Below are positions 48,276 through 59,770 of a stretch of DNA of 64,000 nt, in pieces. Under the pieces are notes generated by a model. That model saw nothing but the letters and a program-made list of their open reading frames with translations. It did no database searches and was not told the origin of the DNA. Origin of the DNA: a bacterium (GTDB taxonomy: Bacteria; Fidelibacterota; Fidelibacteria; Fidelibacterales; Fidelibacteraceae). Made by a program: the position numbers and the translations under genes. Each line of letters begins with the position of its first letter. The stretch's first letter is position 1. The stretch lies in contig OY781066.1 in assembly GCA_963676395.1 (NCBI GenBank), forward strand, positions 896,001-960,000, in the 5' to 3' direction.

Positions 48276-49796
48276 ATGCTGCGCATCGATGGCCATTCAT
48301 TGACGCTGGATGATGTTTTGCGCGTTGCCCGAAATGGGGAACGAGTCGGTCTTGCCGATAAAGCTTATGTTCATATCAAAGCGTCCCGCGATTATGTTAA
48401 AAAGTTATTAGAAGAAGAAGCTGTTGTATATGGTATCACCACGGGTGTCGGTGAATTATCAAACCATTACATTCCACCAAAAAAAGCTATCCAATTACAG
48501 GAAAATCTCATTCGTTCTCATGCCTCAAATGTAGGCAAACCTCTCGAAGAAGATACAGTCCGTGCTATGGTATTGCTTCGTGCCAATGCTCTTGCCAAAG
48601 GTTTTTCCGGTGTCCGAATGGTCCTGATCCAAACCCTTCTTGAAATTATTAATAAGGATATCTACCCCTATATTCCGGCCAAAGGATCCGTGGGTGCCAG
48701 TGGAGATCTTTCTCCTCTGTCTCACCTTGCGCTTATCCTAACAGGTCAAGGTGAATGCCTTGTAAAAGGCAAACGAATTAATGCCGAAAAGGTGTTGATC
48801 GAAAAGGGGATTAAGCCTTTGCAACTGCAAGCTAAAGAAGGACTGGCACTGATCAATGGCACACAGGTCATGGCAGCACACGGTTGCCTGACTCTCTGTG
48901 ATGCTTATACTCTTATCAAGCAAGCACAGGTCGCAGGGGCTATGAGTCTTGAAGCTCTCAAAGGAACTGCTCGTGCCATGGATGCACGCATTCATGCTGC
49001 ACGACCACATAAAGGTCAGTCATACATTGCTGCCAATATTCGAAAATTGGTAAAAGATTCCGAGATCATAGCATCGCACGAAAATTGCGAAAAAGTTCAA
49101 GATGCCTATACCCTGCGCTGTATGCCACAGGTCTATGGCGCGGTCTATGATACGTTGGAGTACGTTAAAACAGTCTTCGAAACCGAGATCAATTCGGCCA
49201 CCGATAATCCACTGATATTTGCCGATGATAAAGAAGTGATCTCCGGTGGAAATTTTCATGGTGAGCCTCTGGCTTTTGCTTTGGATTTTCTTGGTATTGT
49301 TCTGTCTGAGATCGCAAATATTTCCGAACGTACAGTCGATAGGCTGGTAAATCCACATGTATCGGGACTCCCTCCATTTCTTGCGGAAGGAAACGGTTTG
49401 AACTCGGGCTATATGATCGCACAGTATACTGCAGCAGCACTGGTTTCCGAAAATAAGGTGCTGGCACACCCGGCATCTGTGGATTCTATTCCGACTTCAG
49501 CCGGCCAGGAAGACCATGTAAGCATGGGTTCCATTTCTGCTGAGCATGCACGCACAATATTACAAAATGTGGTCAATGTACTGGCTATCGAAATGTTATC
49601 AGCAACTCAGGGTATCGACTTCCAACAACCATTGAATGCAGGCAAGGGAACCAAGGCCGCTTGGAAATACATCCGCAAGCATATCCCTCACTGGGAAGAA
49701 GATCGCATTATGTACAAGGATATTGAGAAAATGGCGGAAATTATCCGTAATGAAGATATTTTGAGAGAATTGGAAAAAGAAGGAATTCGACTATGA
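48276..49796 (+). CDS. hutH: Histidine ammonia-lyase
   Basis: VYGITTG, MIO-forming [40 protein letters not shown]. Confidence 0.97.
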   Translation: MLRIDGHSLTLDDVLRVARNGERVGLADKAYVHIKASRDYVKKLLEEEAVVYGITTGVGELSNHYIPPKKAIQLQENLIRSHASNVGKPLEEDTVRAMVLLRANALAKGFSGVRMVLIQTLLEIINKDIYPYIPAKGSVGASGDLSPLSHLALILTGQGECLVKGKRINAEKVLIEKGIKPLQLQAKEGLALINGTQVMAAHGCLTLCDAYTLIKQAQVAGAMSLEALKGTARAMDARIHAARPHKGQSYIAANIRKLVKDSEIIASHENCEKVQDAYTLRCMPQVYGAVYDTLEYVKTVFETEINSATDNPLIFADDKEVISGGNFHGEPLAFALDFLGIVLSEIANISERTVDRLVNPHVSGLPPFLAEGNGLNSGYMIAQYTAAALVSENKVLAHPASVDSIPTSAGQEDHVSMGSISAEHARTILQNVVNVLAIEMLSATQGIDFQQPLNAGKGTKAAWKYIRKHIPHWEEDRIMYKDIEKMAEIIRNEDILRELEKEGIRL

Positions 49797-51496
49797 GCTT
49801 AAGGCCTATGTATCCGGAATTTCGTCCGCGGGGAACTATCAAGGCCAAGTGCGGCAATACATTGGAATGCAAAACATGGGAGATTGAAGCAGCACTTCGT
49901 ATGCTGAACAATAATCTCGATCCTGAAAATTGTCTTATTCCCGAAGATCTGATCGTCTACGGTGGCTCAGGTCGCGCTGCGCGAAATTGGAAAGCCTACC
50001 GCCAAACCGTAGATGCGCTTAAAAACTTGCAAGAAGATGAAACCCTGCTCATGCAATCGGGAAAACCCGTGGGTGTTATTCGTTCACATCCCTACTCTCC
50101 GCGTGTTCTCATCGCAAATTCCAATATCGTTCCCAAATGGTCTACGCAGGATAATTTCGACCGTTATGATAAAATGGGCCTCACCATGTACGGTCAAATG
50201 ACAGCCGGCTCTTGGATTTATATCGGCACACAGGGAATTTTGCAGGGGACCTATCAAACCCTTGCGGCTCTCGCCGAACAGCATTACGGCAGTGACCTTG
50301 CGGGTAAGTGGGTGCTGACCGGGGGTCTTGGTGGTATGAGCGGCGCTCAACCTTTATCGGTTACTATGAATAATGGTGTGGTTATCAATGTAGAAGTCGA
50401 CCCCGTGCGTGCCAAACGCCGAGTCGACGAAGGTTACTGCATGAAATATACCGAATCACTTGATGAATCCATCGCCTGGATGCAGGAAGCGGTGAAAGCC
50501 AAGAAACCCATGTCCATCGCGCTGGTCGGCAACTGCGCTGAAACGCACCCCGAACTGGTAAAGCGCGGTATCATTCCGGATATCGTCACCGATCAAACAT
50601 CGTCTCATGCTCTCTTGGATTATGTTCCTGTCGGCGATCTGAGTAATTTAAGAAAAATGCACGATGAAGATCCCGAGACGTATAAAAAATTATCTATGGA
50701 AGCGATTATTAAACACGAAGAAGCTATTCTTGAGATGCAAAAACAGGGTGCCATTGCTTTTGATTATGGTAACAATCTGCGCGGCCAAGCCGAAGAAGGT
50801 GGTCTCACGGTTCGCGATAATAAGGGTAAATTCTTCTATCCCGGTTTTGTGCCTGCTTATATTCGTCCGCTCTTTTGTGAAGGCCGCGGTCCTTACCGTT
50901 GGGTTGCGCTTTCCGGTGACAAAAGCGATATCGATAAACTGGACGATCTTGTTTTAGAGCTTTTTCCACATGATGAAATTCTATCTCGTTGGATCGCGCT
51001 GGCGAAAGATCAAGTACCACAACTCGGCTTGCCAAATCGCGTCTGTTGGCTGGGTCTCGGCGAACGTGCCGAATTCGCGCTGCGCATGAACAAAATGGTC
51101 GCTAGCGGAGAACTGAAAGCACCCATCGTGATCGGTCGCGATCACCTAGATTGCGGATCCGTAGCATCGCCCAACCGCGAGACCGAAGATATGCTGGACG
51201 GATCCGACGCCATTGCCGATTGGCCTTTGCTGAACGCACTGGTTAATACCGCATGCGGTGCCGACTGGGTAAGCTTACACAACGGCGGTGGTGTGGGGAT
51301 AGGTAATTCCACGCATGCCGGACAGGTCATCGTAGCCACAGGCGCCAAAGAAAAAGCCATCCGTCTGCAACGCGTCCTCGATGCCGATCCCATGATGGGG
51401 ATTTTCAGGCATGTGGATGCGAGATATGAGCATGCGAAAGATTTTGCAAAAAAACTCAAAGTAAATATTCCGAGTGAAAAAGAAATTGAGCACTAA
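49793..51496 (+). CDS. hutU: Urocanate hydratase
   Basis: [56 protein letters not shown]. Confidence 0.97.
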   Translation: MSLRPMYPEFRPRGTIKAKCGNTLECKTWEIEAALRMLNNNLDPENCLIPEDLIVYGGSGRAARNWKAYRQTVDALKNLQEDETLLMQSGKPVGVIRSHPYSPRVLIANSNIVPKWSTQDNFDRYDKMGLTMYGQMTAGSWIYIGTQGILQGTYQTLAALAEQHYGSDLAGKWVLTGGLGGMSGAQPLSVTMNNGVVINVEVDPVRAKRRVDEGYCMKYTESLDESIAWMQEAVKAKKPMSIALVGNCAETHPELVKRGIIPDIVTDQTSSHALLDYVPVGDLSNLRKMHDEDPETYKKLSMEAIIKHEEAILEMQKQGAIAFDYGNNLRGQAEEGGLTVRDNKGKFFYPGFVPAYIRPLFCEGRGPYRWVALSGDKSDIDKLDDLVLELFPHDEILSRWIALAKDQVPQLGLPNRVCWLGLGERAEFALRMNKMVASGELKAPIVIGRDHLDCGSVASPNRETEDMLDGSDAIADWPLLNALVNTACGADWVSLHNGGGVGIGNSTHAGQVIVATGAKEKAIRLQRVLDADPMMGIFRHVDARYEHAKDFAKKLKVNIPSEKEIEH

Positions 51497-51498
51497 AA

Positions 51499-51600
51499 AG
51501 TTATAAATTATGATTTCTGATTTTAAATTATAAGAACCCCGAACGAAATTCAGGGGTTGACCTAAAAGCTGACCGCTGATAGCTGTCGGCTAACTGCTAA
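51499..51600. repeat. Heptamer tracts and a REP-like hairpin between hutU and ftcD
   Basis: 7-nt periodic A/T tract, aacccc...ggggtt hairpin (51535-51558), gctgacc-gctgata-gctgtcg-gctaact (51568-51600). Confidence 0.6.
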
Positions 51601-51610
51601 AGGAATTAAC

Positions 51611-53296
51611 ATGAAACAAATCATCGAATGCGTCCCAAACTTTTCCGAAGGTCGCGATTTAAATATTATCAAGCAGATCACCGATGTGATCGAACGGGTG
51701 GACGGCGTGATGCTGCTGGATGTAGATCCGGGTAAGGACACCAATAGAACAGTTATAACCTTTGCCGGTGAACCCGAACCTGTCATGGAAGCGGCCATTG
51801 CTTGTGTGGCCAAGGCCAAAGAATTGATCGACATGAGCAAGCACAGCGGTGCGCATCCCCGCATGGGTGCCACGGATGTCTGTCCTTTGGTTCCGGTTTC
51901 TAACATCACAATGGAAGAATGTGCCAAACTGGCAAAAGAATTGGGGAAACGCATCAACGATGCCACCGGTATTCCGATCTACCTATACGGTGAAGCAGCA
52001 CAGCGTGAGGACCGCTACAATCTGCCCGATATCCGCAAGGGCGAATACGAGGCATTGGAAGAAAAACTCAAAGATCCGGATTTTTTTCCCGATTTCGGCG
52101 AGCCGGTTTTCTTACCCAGATCAGGTGTTACTAATGTAAGCGCTCGTCATTTTATGCTGGCATACAACATCAATTTAAACACGACCGACCTGAAGGCCGC
52201 TAAAGATATCGCCCTAACGATTCGTTCCACGGGACGGGCCAAGCGTGATAAAAACGGCAAGATCATCCGTGATGAAAATGGCGTCATGATAAAAGTCCCC
52301 GGTAAACTCAAATTCTGTCAGGCCGGTGGTTGGTTTATCGAAGAATATGGATACGCCCAGGTTACCATGAATTTGCACCGCTTTGATATCACAGGTTTAC
52401 ATACGGCCTTTGATATGGTGACCGAAGAAGCTGCAAAAAAAGGTTTACGCGTCACAGGTTCCGAGGTAGTCGGTATGCTCCCCTTGCAATCGCTCTTAGA
52501 TTCCGGTGAACATTATTTAAGAAAACAAGGTGGTTCAACTGCCTGCCCCGAGAGAGAGATCATAAAAATCGCAATGCGTTCTCTGGGACTTGAAGATACC
52601 TCCCCCTTCGTCCCCGAGAAACGCATTGTCGAATATGCTCTCAAAAATGAAAAAGATCAGTTGAAACATTTGAGCGTGAATAATTTTACGGATCTATTAT
52701 CATCCAATGCACCCGCACCGGGCGGTGGTTCCGTGGCGGCATTGAATGCTGCCTTGGGAGCAGGACTCACTGCAATGGTCGCAAATTTGACCTTTGAAAA
52801 CAAAAACTATACTAAGGTTCGCGAAGAGATGGAAATCAAAGGAAGAGAAGCTCAGGCTCTTAAGATTAAAACACTTCAACTTATCGATGATGATACCGAA
52901 GCCTTTAATATCTGGATGAAAGCCATTCGCATGAAAAAGAAAACGGACGAGCAAAAAGCCAAGCGCAATGCCGCCATCCAAAAAGCCGTACTTACTGCCA
53001 TCAATATTCCTCTCAGCACATTAAACTGCTGTCCCGATATTTTGGATTTGACAGACTATATGCTAAAGAACGGAAATCAAAACTGCCTCTCCGATGCTGC
53101 GGTTGCGGTCAAGCAAACTCAGTCCGCCGCTTGGAGCGCTTACTACAATGTGCTTATCAACCTACCATCTTTAGATGACCCGAAGCAACGCGAAACAATT
53201 CGCAAAGCGGCTAAAATCACGCTGGACGCCGTAGAAAGCAAGGGCACCAAATTATCACTGTTCGCAGAGGAGAAGCTCATCAATGAACTCAATTGA
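51611..53296 (+). CDS. ftcD: Glutamate formiminotransferase-cyclodeaminase (fused)
   Basis: IIECVPNFSEGR, HPRMGA.DV.P, APGGGS.AA, NV.INL. Confidence 0.95.
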   Translation: MKQIIECVPNFSEGRDLNIIKQITDVIERVDGVMLLDVDPGKDTNRTVITFAGEPEPVMEAAIACVAKAKELIDMSKHSGAHPRMGATDVCPLVPVSNITMEECAKLAKELGKRINDATGIPIYLYGEAAQREDRYNLPDIRKGEYEALEEKLKDPDFFPDFGEPVFLPRSGVTNVSARHFMLAYNINLNTTDLKAAKDIALTIRSTGRAKRDKNGKIIRDENGVMIKVPGKLKFCQAGGWFIEEYGYAQVTMNLHRFDITGLHTAFDMVTEEAAKKGLRVTGSEVVGMLPLQSLLDSGEHYLRKQGGSTACPEREIIKIAMRSLGLEDTSPFVPEKRIVEYALKNEKDQLKHLSVNNFTDLLSSNAPAPGGGSVAALNAALGAGLTAMVANLTFENKNYTKVREEMEIKGREAQALKIKTLQLIDDDTEAFNIWMKAIRMKKKTDEQKAKRNAAIQKAVLTAINIPLSTLNCCPDILDLTDYMLKNGNQNCLSDAAVAVKQTQSAAWSAYYNVLINLPSLDDPKQRETIRKAAKITLDAVESKGTKLSLFAEEKLINELN

Positions 53297-54473
53297 TCTA
53301 CTCATACATAACGCCCGTATTCATACGCTTTCCAAAACAGGAAAGATCGCCAATGGCTGTATTGCGGTGAAAGATGGACGCATTCTTGATGTTTTTTCCG
53401 GCAAGAATATCCAATACCGTGCTATAAGCGAAATTGATGCCAAAGGTAAGCTTGTCATACCGGGCTTTGTTGATTGCCACACCCATCTCGTACATGGCGG
53501 TTCACGTGCCAATGAACTGCAATATCGCTTACAAGGTATGAGCTATCAGGAGATCCAAGAGAATGGTGGAGGTATTTATTCGTCTGTTAAAGCTACTCGC
53601 GACGCCTCAGCAGAAGACCTTTTTCAACAATCTCTTGAACGCGCTAAACTATGCCTAAAACACGGCACGACAACCGTAGAAATAAAAACCGGGTATGGGC
53701 TCAACCCCAAAACCGAAAGCAAAATGCTTGATGTCATTCATCGTTTAAATAACGAAAGCAAACTTGAAACAGTCGCAACTTTTTTAGGTCCACATGTATA
53801 TCCGCAAGATCAAGATCACCAGGAGTATATGGAATGGCTCTTAAATGATGGACTTGAGCTTGCAAAAGACCAAGTTGAATTTGTAGATATTTATTGTGAT
53901 ATCGGTGCCTATACATTTGAAGATACCGAACGATTTTTAAACGCAGCTAAAGCCAAAGACATTCCCATTAAAATTCATTCAGGACAGTTTGATGCTTTGG
54001 GAGCCACCGGATTAGCCGCAGACTTAGGTGCAATTTCTGCGGATCATCTAGACCAAGTAACACAAGCCGAATTTGATGCTCTCCAAAAAGCTAACACCAC
54101 GGCAGTATTTTTACCGGGATGTTCTTATTACCTAAAAACACCTTATCCGAATGCTCGTCCTTATTTGGATGCAAAAATACCCGTAGCACTAGCTACCGAT
54201 TACAACCCGGGCACTTGTCCCTCTCTCAGCATTCCCATGATGATGTCCTTAGCTGTCATGCACATGGGCTTTACTCCCGATGAAGCACTTAAAGCAGTTA
54301 CGCTAAACGCTGCTAAAGCAATAAATCGCGACGCGAAAATCGCTTCTATAGAAAAAGGGAAACAAGCCGATATCTTGATTTGCAATGTTAAGAGTTTAAA
54401 TGAGTTGATCACCATGTTTGGTGTGAATGCGGTAAAGACTGTGATAAAAAAAGGAAAAGTTGAAAGTCTATAG
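53283..54473 (+). CDS. hutI: Imidazolonepropionase
   Basis: PGFVDCHTH, GGGI.S.V.ATR, E.KTGYGL, SADHL, ATDYNPG. Confidence 0.95.
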   Translation: MNSIDLLIHNARIHTLSKTGKIANGCIAVKDGRILDVFSGKNIQYRAISEIDAKGKLVIPGFVDCHTHLVHGGSRANELQYRLQGMSYQEIQENGGGIYSSVKATRDASAEDLFQQSLERAKLCLKHGTTTVEIKTGYGLNPKTESKMLDVIHRLNNESKLETVATFLGPHVYPQDQDHQEYMEWLLNDGLELAKDQVEFVDIYCDIGAYTFEDTERFLNAAKAKDIPIKIHSGQFDALGATGLAADLGAISADHLDQVTQAEFDALQKANTTAVFLPGCSYYLKTPYPNARPYLDAKIPVALATDYNPGTCPSLSIPMMMSLAVMHMGFTPDEALKAVTLNAAKAINRDAKIASIEKGKQADILICNVKSLNELITMFGVNAVKTVIKKGKVESL

Positions 54474-54658
54474 TTGAAAATAGAACTCATCATTCTTGCC
54501 CTATTTCGGCGATAGCTCCATGTGTCCATCGAGATGGATAAATAATAATTCGATAAAATCGATAAAGTCATTTAAGTAATCGTTAATAGATAATCTTTGT
54601 AGGAAACTTATTTTTTTCTTACCTTTATAAGTTATTATAATAATTGAGGATAAGCATC

Positions 54659-55162
54659 ATGAAAAAGATTTCGTTATTATTGTTTGTATTCTGCTCTATA
54701 TTTGCGCAAGACAAAGACATCAATTCTCCTCAAATGAGTTTCGCTTTAGATGTAGGAAATTTTGCATATTCCCCTATGATTTCAACAGAAATTGAATATC
54801 ATTTTAACACAAGTATGAAGCATCATTTTTCAATAACAACAGGTCTAGAATTCTATTTGAACTACATTTCTCCTTCCATTGGAATGAACTACTCTTATGG
54901 AAAAAAACATCAATTATTGGCGGGTATTCGGGTAATGGCTACTCATATGTACTATATGGGAGATCCATTTTCGGGATATGAAGTAAAACCAGATATATCT
55001 CCTAAACTTGGATATCGTTATGTTTTTGGAAAAGAAAATCCAAAAGCTTTTATTCAAGCTTATGTTTCACCGCATGTTATTGGCTATTATCGTTCGAGTA
55101 CTAATTTTTTAAGATTGGAGCTTTATTCCGGTCTTCATTTGGGCTTTGGATTTCATCTCTAG
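54659..55162 (+). CDS. Small outer-membrane beta-barrel paralog 1
   Basis: MKK signal peptide, YSYG..HQL..G, SPKLGYR, YVSP, GLHLGFGFHL. Confidence 0.75.
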   Translation: MKKISLLLFVFCSIFAQDKDINSPQMSFALDVGNFAYSPMISTEIEYHFNTSMKHHFSITTGLEFYLNYISPSIGMNYSYGKKHQLLAGIRVMATHMYYMGDPFSGYEVKPDISPKLGYRYVFGKENPKAFIQAYVSPHVIGYYRSSTNFLRLELYSGLHLGFGFHL

Positions 55163-55184
55163 TAACTAATAACTAAAGGAAAGC

Positions 55185-55661
55185 ATGAAAAAACACATCA
55201 TAATATTCTTAGCTATAATAATTAGCTTTTCGCTCTCAGCCAATGACAACATCAAACGACATGGCATATCTGCCCATCTTGGCGGAACCATTTCCCTATT
55301 TGAATTCGGATATCAGTATAATTTTTTATCATTAAATAATCACCAGCTTTCTGCCAATATAGGTATTAACACCGCTATCCTATCCTTTGGAATACCTGTG
55401 GGGCTTGAATACTCTTATGGAAAAAACAACAAGTTTATACTGGGAATTAAGGCCATGCCATTTTGGTCGATAGAATTATTCCCGGGAGAAGGCAGAATGA
55501 AACCTTCACCAATTATGTACAGCCTAAAACTGGGTTATGGCAGGATGATACATCCAAAGGGACAAGATTATCTATTAAGCTTTTATGCTTCCCCGGTTTT
55601 TGATTTGGACAATAAACGAATGATACCGTGGGGTGGAATTAGCATAACACATTGCTTCTAA
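55185..55661 (+). CDS. Small outer-membrane beta-barrel paralog 2
   Basis: Signal peptide, LGG, IPVG..YSYG, KLGY, YASP, PWGG. Confidence 0.75.
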   Translation: MKKHIIIFLAIIISFSLSANDNIKRHGISAHLGGTISLFEFGYQYNFLSLNNHQLSANIGINTAILSFGIPVGLEYSYGKNNKFILGIKAMPFWSIELFPGEGRMKPSPIMYSLKLGYGRMIHPKGQDYLLSFYASPVFDLDNKRMIPWGGISITHCF

Positions 55662-55754
55662 GTATTTGTCCTTTCTACGATTGAATTATTTATTCATTGC
55701 AACAATCTTAATATCTTATTACTTTTATATTCCAATTATATAATGGAATTCATC

Positions 55755-56186
55755 ATGAAAAAAATATTTACGCTTACACTTATTTTAATCGGTTTTGTTT
55801 TTGCATATAACCCTGAAAACGAACTAGGCATCGCTTTAGATGTCGGTGGCCCCTATACCATCGTACAAACGGAAGCCGACATACGACTTCTTGACAAAGA
55901 AAATCACTACATTGGAGCATCTGCCGGGCTGGGCATGTTCATTAATGCTATGTCAATTCCTTTAGGAATGCAGTACCGTTACGGTGACAAACATCAATTA
56001 GAGACAGCGGCATATTTCGTCATCATGTCTTCCTCTAATGGAGCTGTGTATAATTATTCCATAAAATTCGGATACAGACTTAATTTTTCAAATGCCTTTT
56101 TTCATATCTATGTTTCACCTTTAATAAACAAAACTCTCAGCGTTCAGCCTTGGGCTGGTTTAGGTTTTGGATTTTATCTTCAATAA
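55755..56186 (+). CDS. Small outer-membrane beta-barrel paralog 3
   Basis: Signal peptide, VGGP, IPLGMQYRYG..HQL, KFGYR, YVSP, PWAGLGFGFYL. Confidence 0.75.
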   Translation: MKKIFTLTLILIGFVFAYNPENELGIALDVGGPYTIVQTEADIRLLDKENHYIGASAGLGMFINAMSIPLGMQYRYGDKHQLETAAYFVIMSSSNGAVYNYSIKFGYRLNFSNAFFHIYVSPLINKTLSVQPWAGLGFGFYLQ

Positions 56187-56231
56187 TAAATCGTACATTA
56201 ATACTTGAAAAAACAATTTCAGGAGTTAAAT

Positions 56232-56711
56232 ATGAAAAATAAATTATTAATATTTAGCATCATCTGCTTAACCTCTTTTGCATTTGCCGATTATATCCCC
56301 TATAAACATGGAGTAGATTTAAATATCGGCGGCCCTGCATCGGGTGCATCTTTAGAATATCAATACAATCTCGTTATTATGGGTTTACATACTGTGGGAG
56401 TCTCTGCAGCCATCGGAGTGATTGAAGATGGTTATTCGTTCCCAATTGGAATGCAATACCGTTTCGGTAGAATTCACCAGCTTGAACTCGGTGGACATCT
56501 TACACCTGTTTTTAAATCAGACCCATTTAGATTTCAGGCAGCCATAACGGGTAGATTAGGTTACAGAATTAATATTTACCGTTTCTACATGCATATCGCC
56601 TTGCTCCCCTCGTTCCCGAAAGTACATACAACGGCATTATTGGGCTTTGGTTTTTACTTTGGACCAAAAGTACTAGATAGAAAAGTTGAGTATTATACCC
56701 CAAGTCATTGA
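56232..56711 (+). CDS. Small outer-membrane beta-barrel paralog 4
   Basis: Signal peptide, IGGP, FPIGMQYRFG..HQL, RLGYR, LGFGFYF plus short tail. Confidence 0.75.
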   Translation: MKNKLLIFSIICLTSFAFADYIPYKHGVDLNIGGPASGASLEYQYNLVIMGLHTVGVSAAIGVIEDGYSFPIGMQYRFGRIHQLELGGHLTPVFKSDPFRFQAAITGRLGYRINIYRFYMHIALLPSFPKVHTTALLGFGFYFGPKVLDRKVEYYTPSH

Positions 56712-56864
56712 TCCCTAACCGGCTTATCAGCTATAAAGGGAAGAACACAGATAAATAATTGATGACTAATACTTTTACAGAAAGTAAAAATTAATAAATT
56801 CACTTTCACCACCTCACTTAAATATTTATATTTTATTAAAGTATAATAATCATTAAGGGCTTAT

Positions 56865-57335
56865 ATGAAAAAAACACTTTGGGTATTATTGAGTCTCTTG
56901 CTTGCTTCATCACTAGTAGCTCAAAAAGATATCTCACGACACCGAATTTGCGTTAATCTTGGGGGAGCAGCCTCTTTTGCAAATATTGAGTATCAATTTC
57001 AAATCCATTCAAACGAAAGACATAATGTGTTTGTTGCAGCAGGTATGGGAATGAATTTATTAAATTTCACTTTCCCGATCGGTCTGAACTATGGCTTTGG
57101 GTACGACAATCAATTGATCTTGGGCCTTTACTTTGTTCCAAGATTTAATTCTGCCCTATCTTCAACATACGGCGATGCAGATAATTATTTATTCTCTCCT
57201 AAATTCGGGTATCGAAAAATCTTAAACGGCAAAAAAAATTCTCATCTCCTTCAAGTCTTTTTTTCACCCGCTTTTGATATTGAGAGCGGTACCATGTACT
57301 CGGGTGCAGGACTTGGTTTTGGTCTTTATCTATAA
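56865..57335 (+). CDS. Small outer-membrane beta-barrel paralog 5
   Basis: Signal peptide, LGG, FPIG..YGFG..NQL, SPKFGYR, FFSP, GLGFGLYL. Confidence 0.75.
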   Translation: MKKTLWVLLSLLLASSLVAQKDISRHRICVNLGGAASFANIEYQFQIHSNERHNVFVAAGMGMNLLNFTFPIGLNYGFGYDNQLILGLYFVPRFNSALSSTYGDADNYLFSPKFGYRKILNGKKNSHLLQVFFSPAFDIESGTMYSGAGLGFGLYL

Positions 57336-57356
57336 CTCAATATTGAAGGTATCATC

Positions 57357-57824
57357 ATGAAAAAAACACTCTATTTAATTTTAATATTTATATGCTCCCT
57401 ACCGCTTGCAGCGGCAGAAATGACCGAACACAGCCTTTCCATGAACTTAGGTGGTCCCGCGGGCATCGCATCATTTGAATATGAATACAAATTTATCAAT
57501 ATGGGTAAAGCATCTATGCATTTTACCGCAGGTGTGGGATCGTTGGTTTTGGGTTATTCTTTCCCCATCGGCTTTACCTATACCTATGGAGACGAGAACC
57601 AGCTCATCATCGGCGCTCACTATGTACCAATCTACTTTGCCGAAACGAATATTGTCTCATCAAGTTCATTTGTTCATGCATTCTCACCCAGAATAGGTAT
57701 TAGAAAGATCTTTAAAATAAGCCGGGAAATGGCCTACCTTCAAGCTTATCTTTCTCCTATATTCAGTCCGGATATTAACGGTGTTTTTGCCTGGGGTGGA
57801 ATAGGTTTTGGAGTTTATCTATAG
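57357..57824 (+). CDS. Small outer-membrane beta-barrel paralog 6
   Basis: Signal peptide, LGGP, FPIG..YTYG..NQL, SPRIG.R, YLSP, WGGIGFGVYL. Confidence 0.75.
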   Translation: MKKTLYLILIFICSLPLAAAEMTEHSLSMNLGGPAGIASFEYEYKFINMGKASMHFTAGVGSLVLGYSFPIGFTYTYGDENQLIIGAHYVPIYFAETNIVSSSSFVHAFSPRIGIRKIFKISREMAYLQAYLSPIFSPDINGVFAWGGIGFGVYL

Positions 57825-57892
57825 CACTGTAACATTTCCAAAATGTGTATCACGTTTATCAAATTGTTTTATTTGATTTTTTTATGAATACA

Positions 57893-57922
57893 GTAAGGGG
57901 ACAGGCATGCCTGTCCCCTTCC
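57893..57922. repeat. GTAA-type REP palindrome between convergent genes (possible bidirectional terminator)
   Basis: Perfect palindrome aaggggacaggcatgcctgtcccctt. Confidence 0.7.
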
Positions 57923-57949
57923 ATCTTATCATTTAAAATCTCTTCGTAT

Positions 57950-58948
57950 TTAATCAATCCCAATAGCAGATCTTAATCTATTCACAGTTGCTGATGCAAT
58001 GGTACGTGCTTTTTCGGCGCCCTCTTTAAGAATGGTGTCGATCTGAGCGGGATCTTCCATGTACATATCATACTTTTCTCTGAGAGGAGCAAAACGATCT
58101 TCCATAATCTCAAAAAGCTCCTGTTTTGCATGCCCCCAGCCCATGCCACCGGCTAAATATCGCTCTCGGGCAACTTGCTGTTCTTGCTCTGTAGCAAATA
58201 ATTTATACAATGAGAATACGTGTGACGAATCGGGATCTTTTGGTTCTTCGACTTCCTGAGAATTCGTTACGATCTTCATGATCACTTTTCGGAATTTCTT
58301 TGATGGCAAGAAAAGTGGGATAACATTATCATAGCTCTTGCTCATTTTACGACCATCCAAACCAACGATCACTTGAGTTTTCTCAGAAACTACAGGTTCG
58401 GGTACGACCAATAATTCTTTGCCATAAGTATGGTTAAACGACTGTGCTACATCGGCTGCGATCTCAACATGTTGTTTCTGATCTTTCCCCACCGGAACAA
58501 TATTCGTATCAAACAAAAGAATATCGGCTGCCATCAATACGGGGTATGTATATAAACCCATATTAATTCCGGCATCGGGTTCATTGCCCTGCTCGCCATT
58601 ATCCTGTACTTTTGCTTTGTAAGCATGTGCACGATTCATAAGGCCCTTTGCCGTGAACGCCATTAAGATAGTTGTCAGCTCAAATGTCTCAGGAACATCG
58701 GATTGACGATAAAACATCATGGTCTCGGGATCTAATCCGCAAGCCAACCATGTTGCAGCCAGTTTCGTTGTCATTTCTTTTAACAAAGTGGGATCTTTTA
58801 CCGTATTAATTGCGTGGTAATCTGCAATAAAATATCGTGAATCATAGTTTTCTGCCAATTCAATAGCCGGTTTGATCGCACCAAAATAATTTCCTATATG
58901 CGGCGTACCTGTAGGTTTAATTCCGGTTAAACATACCTTGCGACTCAT
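57950..58948 (-). CDS. trpS: Tryptophanyl-tRNA synthetase
   Basis: TGIKPTG.PHIGNY, YPVLMAADIL, VPVGKDQKQH, KMSKS. Confidence 0.97.
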   Translation of the reverse strand: MSRKVCLTGIKPTGTPHIGNYFGAIKPAIELAENYDSRYFIADYHAINTVKDPTLLKEMTTKLAATWLACGLDPETMMFYRQSDVPETFELTTILMAFTAKGLMNRAHAYKAKVQDNGEQGNEPDAGINMGLYTYPVLMAADILLFDTNIVPVGKDQKQHVEIAADVAQSFNHTYGKELLVVPEPVVSEKTQVIVGLDGRKMSKSYDNVIPLFLPSKKFRKVIMKIVTNSQEVEEPKDPDSSHVFSLYKLFATEQEQQVARERYLAGGMGWGHAKQELFEIMEDRFAPLREKYDMYMEDPAQIDTILKEGAEKARTIASATVNRLRSAIGID

Positions 58949-59757
58949 TTGCTTTCCTTTCCAAGGAGCATATCTATAGAATAGATACCTTCTAACATTT
59001 TATGTAATTTTTCTGAATAATTTGCAACTTTGGGATCAAAAGAATTCAATTTAACTTCACCCGAAGAATGAATGTATTCGGGCGAGCGACGCATAATAGC
59101 AACATGAGTGATGTTCCCTTTTTCGTTCTGATAAAAAGCAAGATCACCCGGCTTAGCATCTTCAATACTCACCGGATGTTCTTTTAACACTTTGATCTGT
59201 TGTGAGGCATCGCGAGGCAAATCAAGTCCGGCTACCTTAAAACTCATTTGTGTAATTCCTGAGCAGTCACAACCATTTTCGGTTTTACCGCCCCAAAAAT
59301 ATGAACACCCTAATAATTTACCGGCTGAGCATAATATAATATCACGAGGATCCTCAATTTCAAGAATTTCCTGTTCCATGTATGCACTGGACCCATCAGG
59401 CATTAACACTTCGTAAACATCCAATTCATTTTTTAAGTAAGGAAAAGATGTCCCCACGGCAGCCACGGCTTTTCGGGGACCGCTCATCTCGGCATTATCA
59501 TATAAAGACAAAAATGGAGTATGGATCATAACTTTCGGCAAAGTTACTATCATATTTTCCATATCTTCACTAAGATCCAAAGTGGAAAAATTCTGCGACC
59601 AAGCAACATAACCATCAGGAAGTTGCAACTTCACCCAATCACCGTTTTGATCTAATACTTCCGCAATCTCCCACATAACACCCTGAGTTACAATTTGTGA
59701 AGAAAAGCGTGCTTCTTCATACATATTCGCAAAAGGGGTTTTAATGATCTTTTTCAC
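58945..59757 (-). CDS. NlpC/P60 (C40) peptidase with SH3-like N-terminus
   Basis: Y.WGG...G.DCSG, LPRDASQQ, PGDL.F, HV, IHS. Confidence 0.92.
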   Translation of the reverse strand: MKKIIKTPFANMYEEARFSSQIVTQGVMWEIAEVLDQNGDWVKLQLPDGYVAWSQNFSTLDLSEDMENMIVTLPKVMIHTPFLSLYDNAEMSGPRKAVAAVGTSFPYLKNELDVYEVLMPDGSSAYMEQEILEIEDPRDIILCSAGKLLGCSYFWGGKTENGCDCSGITQMSFKVAGLDLPRDASQQIKVLKEHPVSIEDAKPGDLAFYQNEKGNITHVAIMRRSPEYIHSSGEVKLNSFDPKVANYSEKLHKMLEGIYSIDMLLGKESK

Positions 59758-59770
59758 ACCATACTCCTAT

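Noticed and set aside
51611..53296. Fused FTCD replacing HutG as a novelty
   Set aside because: Known arrangement in anaerobic and FCB-group bacteria.
54644..57824. Integron cassette array
   Set aside because: No attC-like inverted repeats in the spacers, several gaps of only ~20 bp, no integrase; the genes are paralogs.
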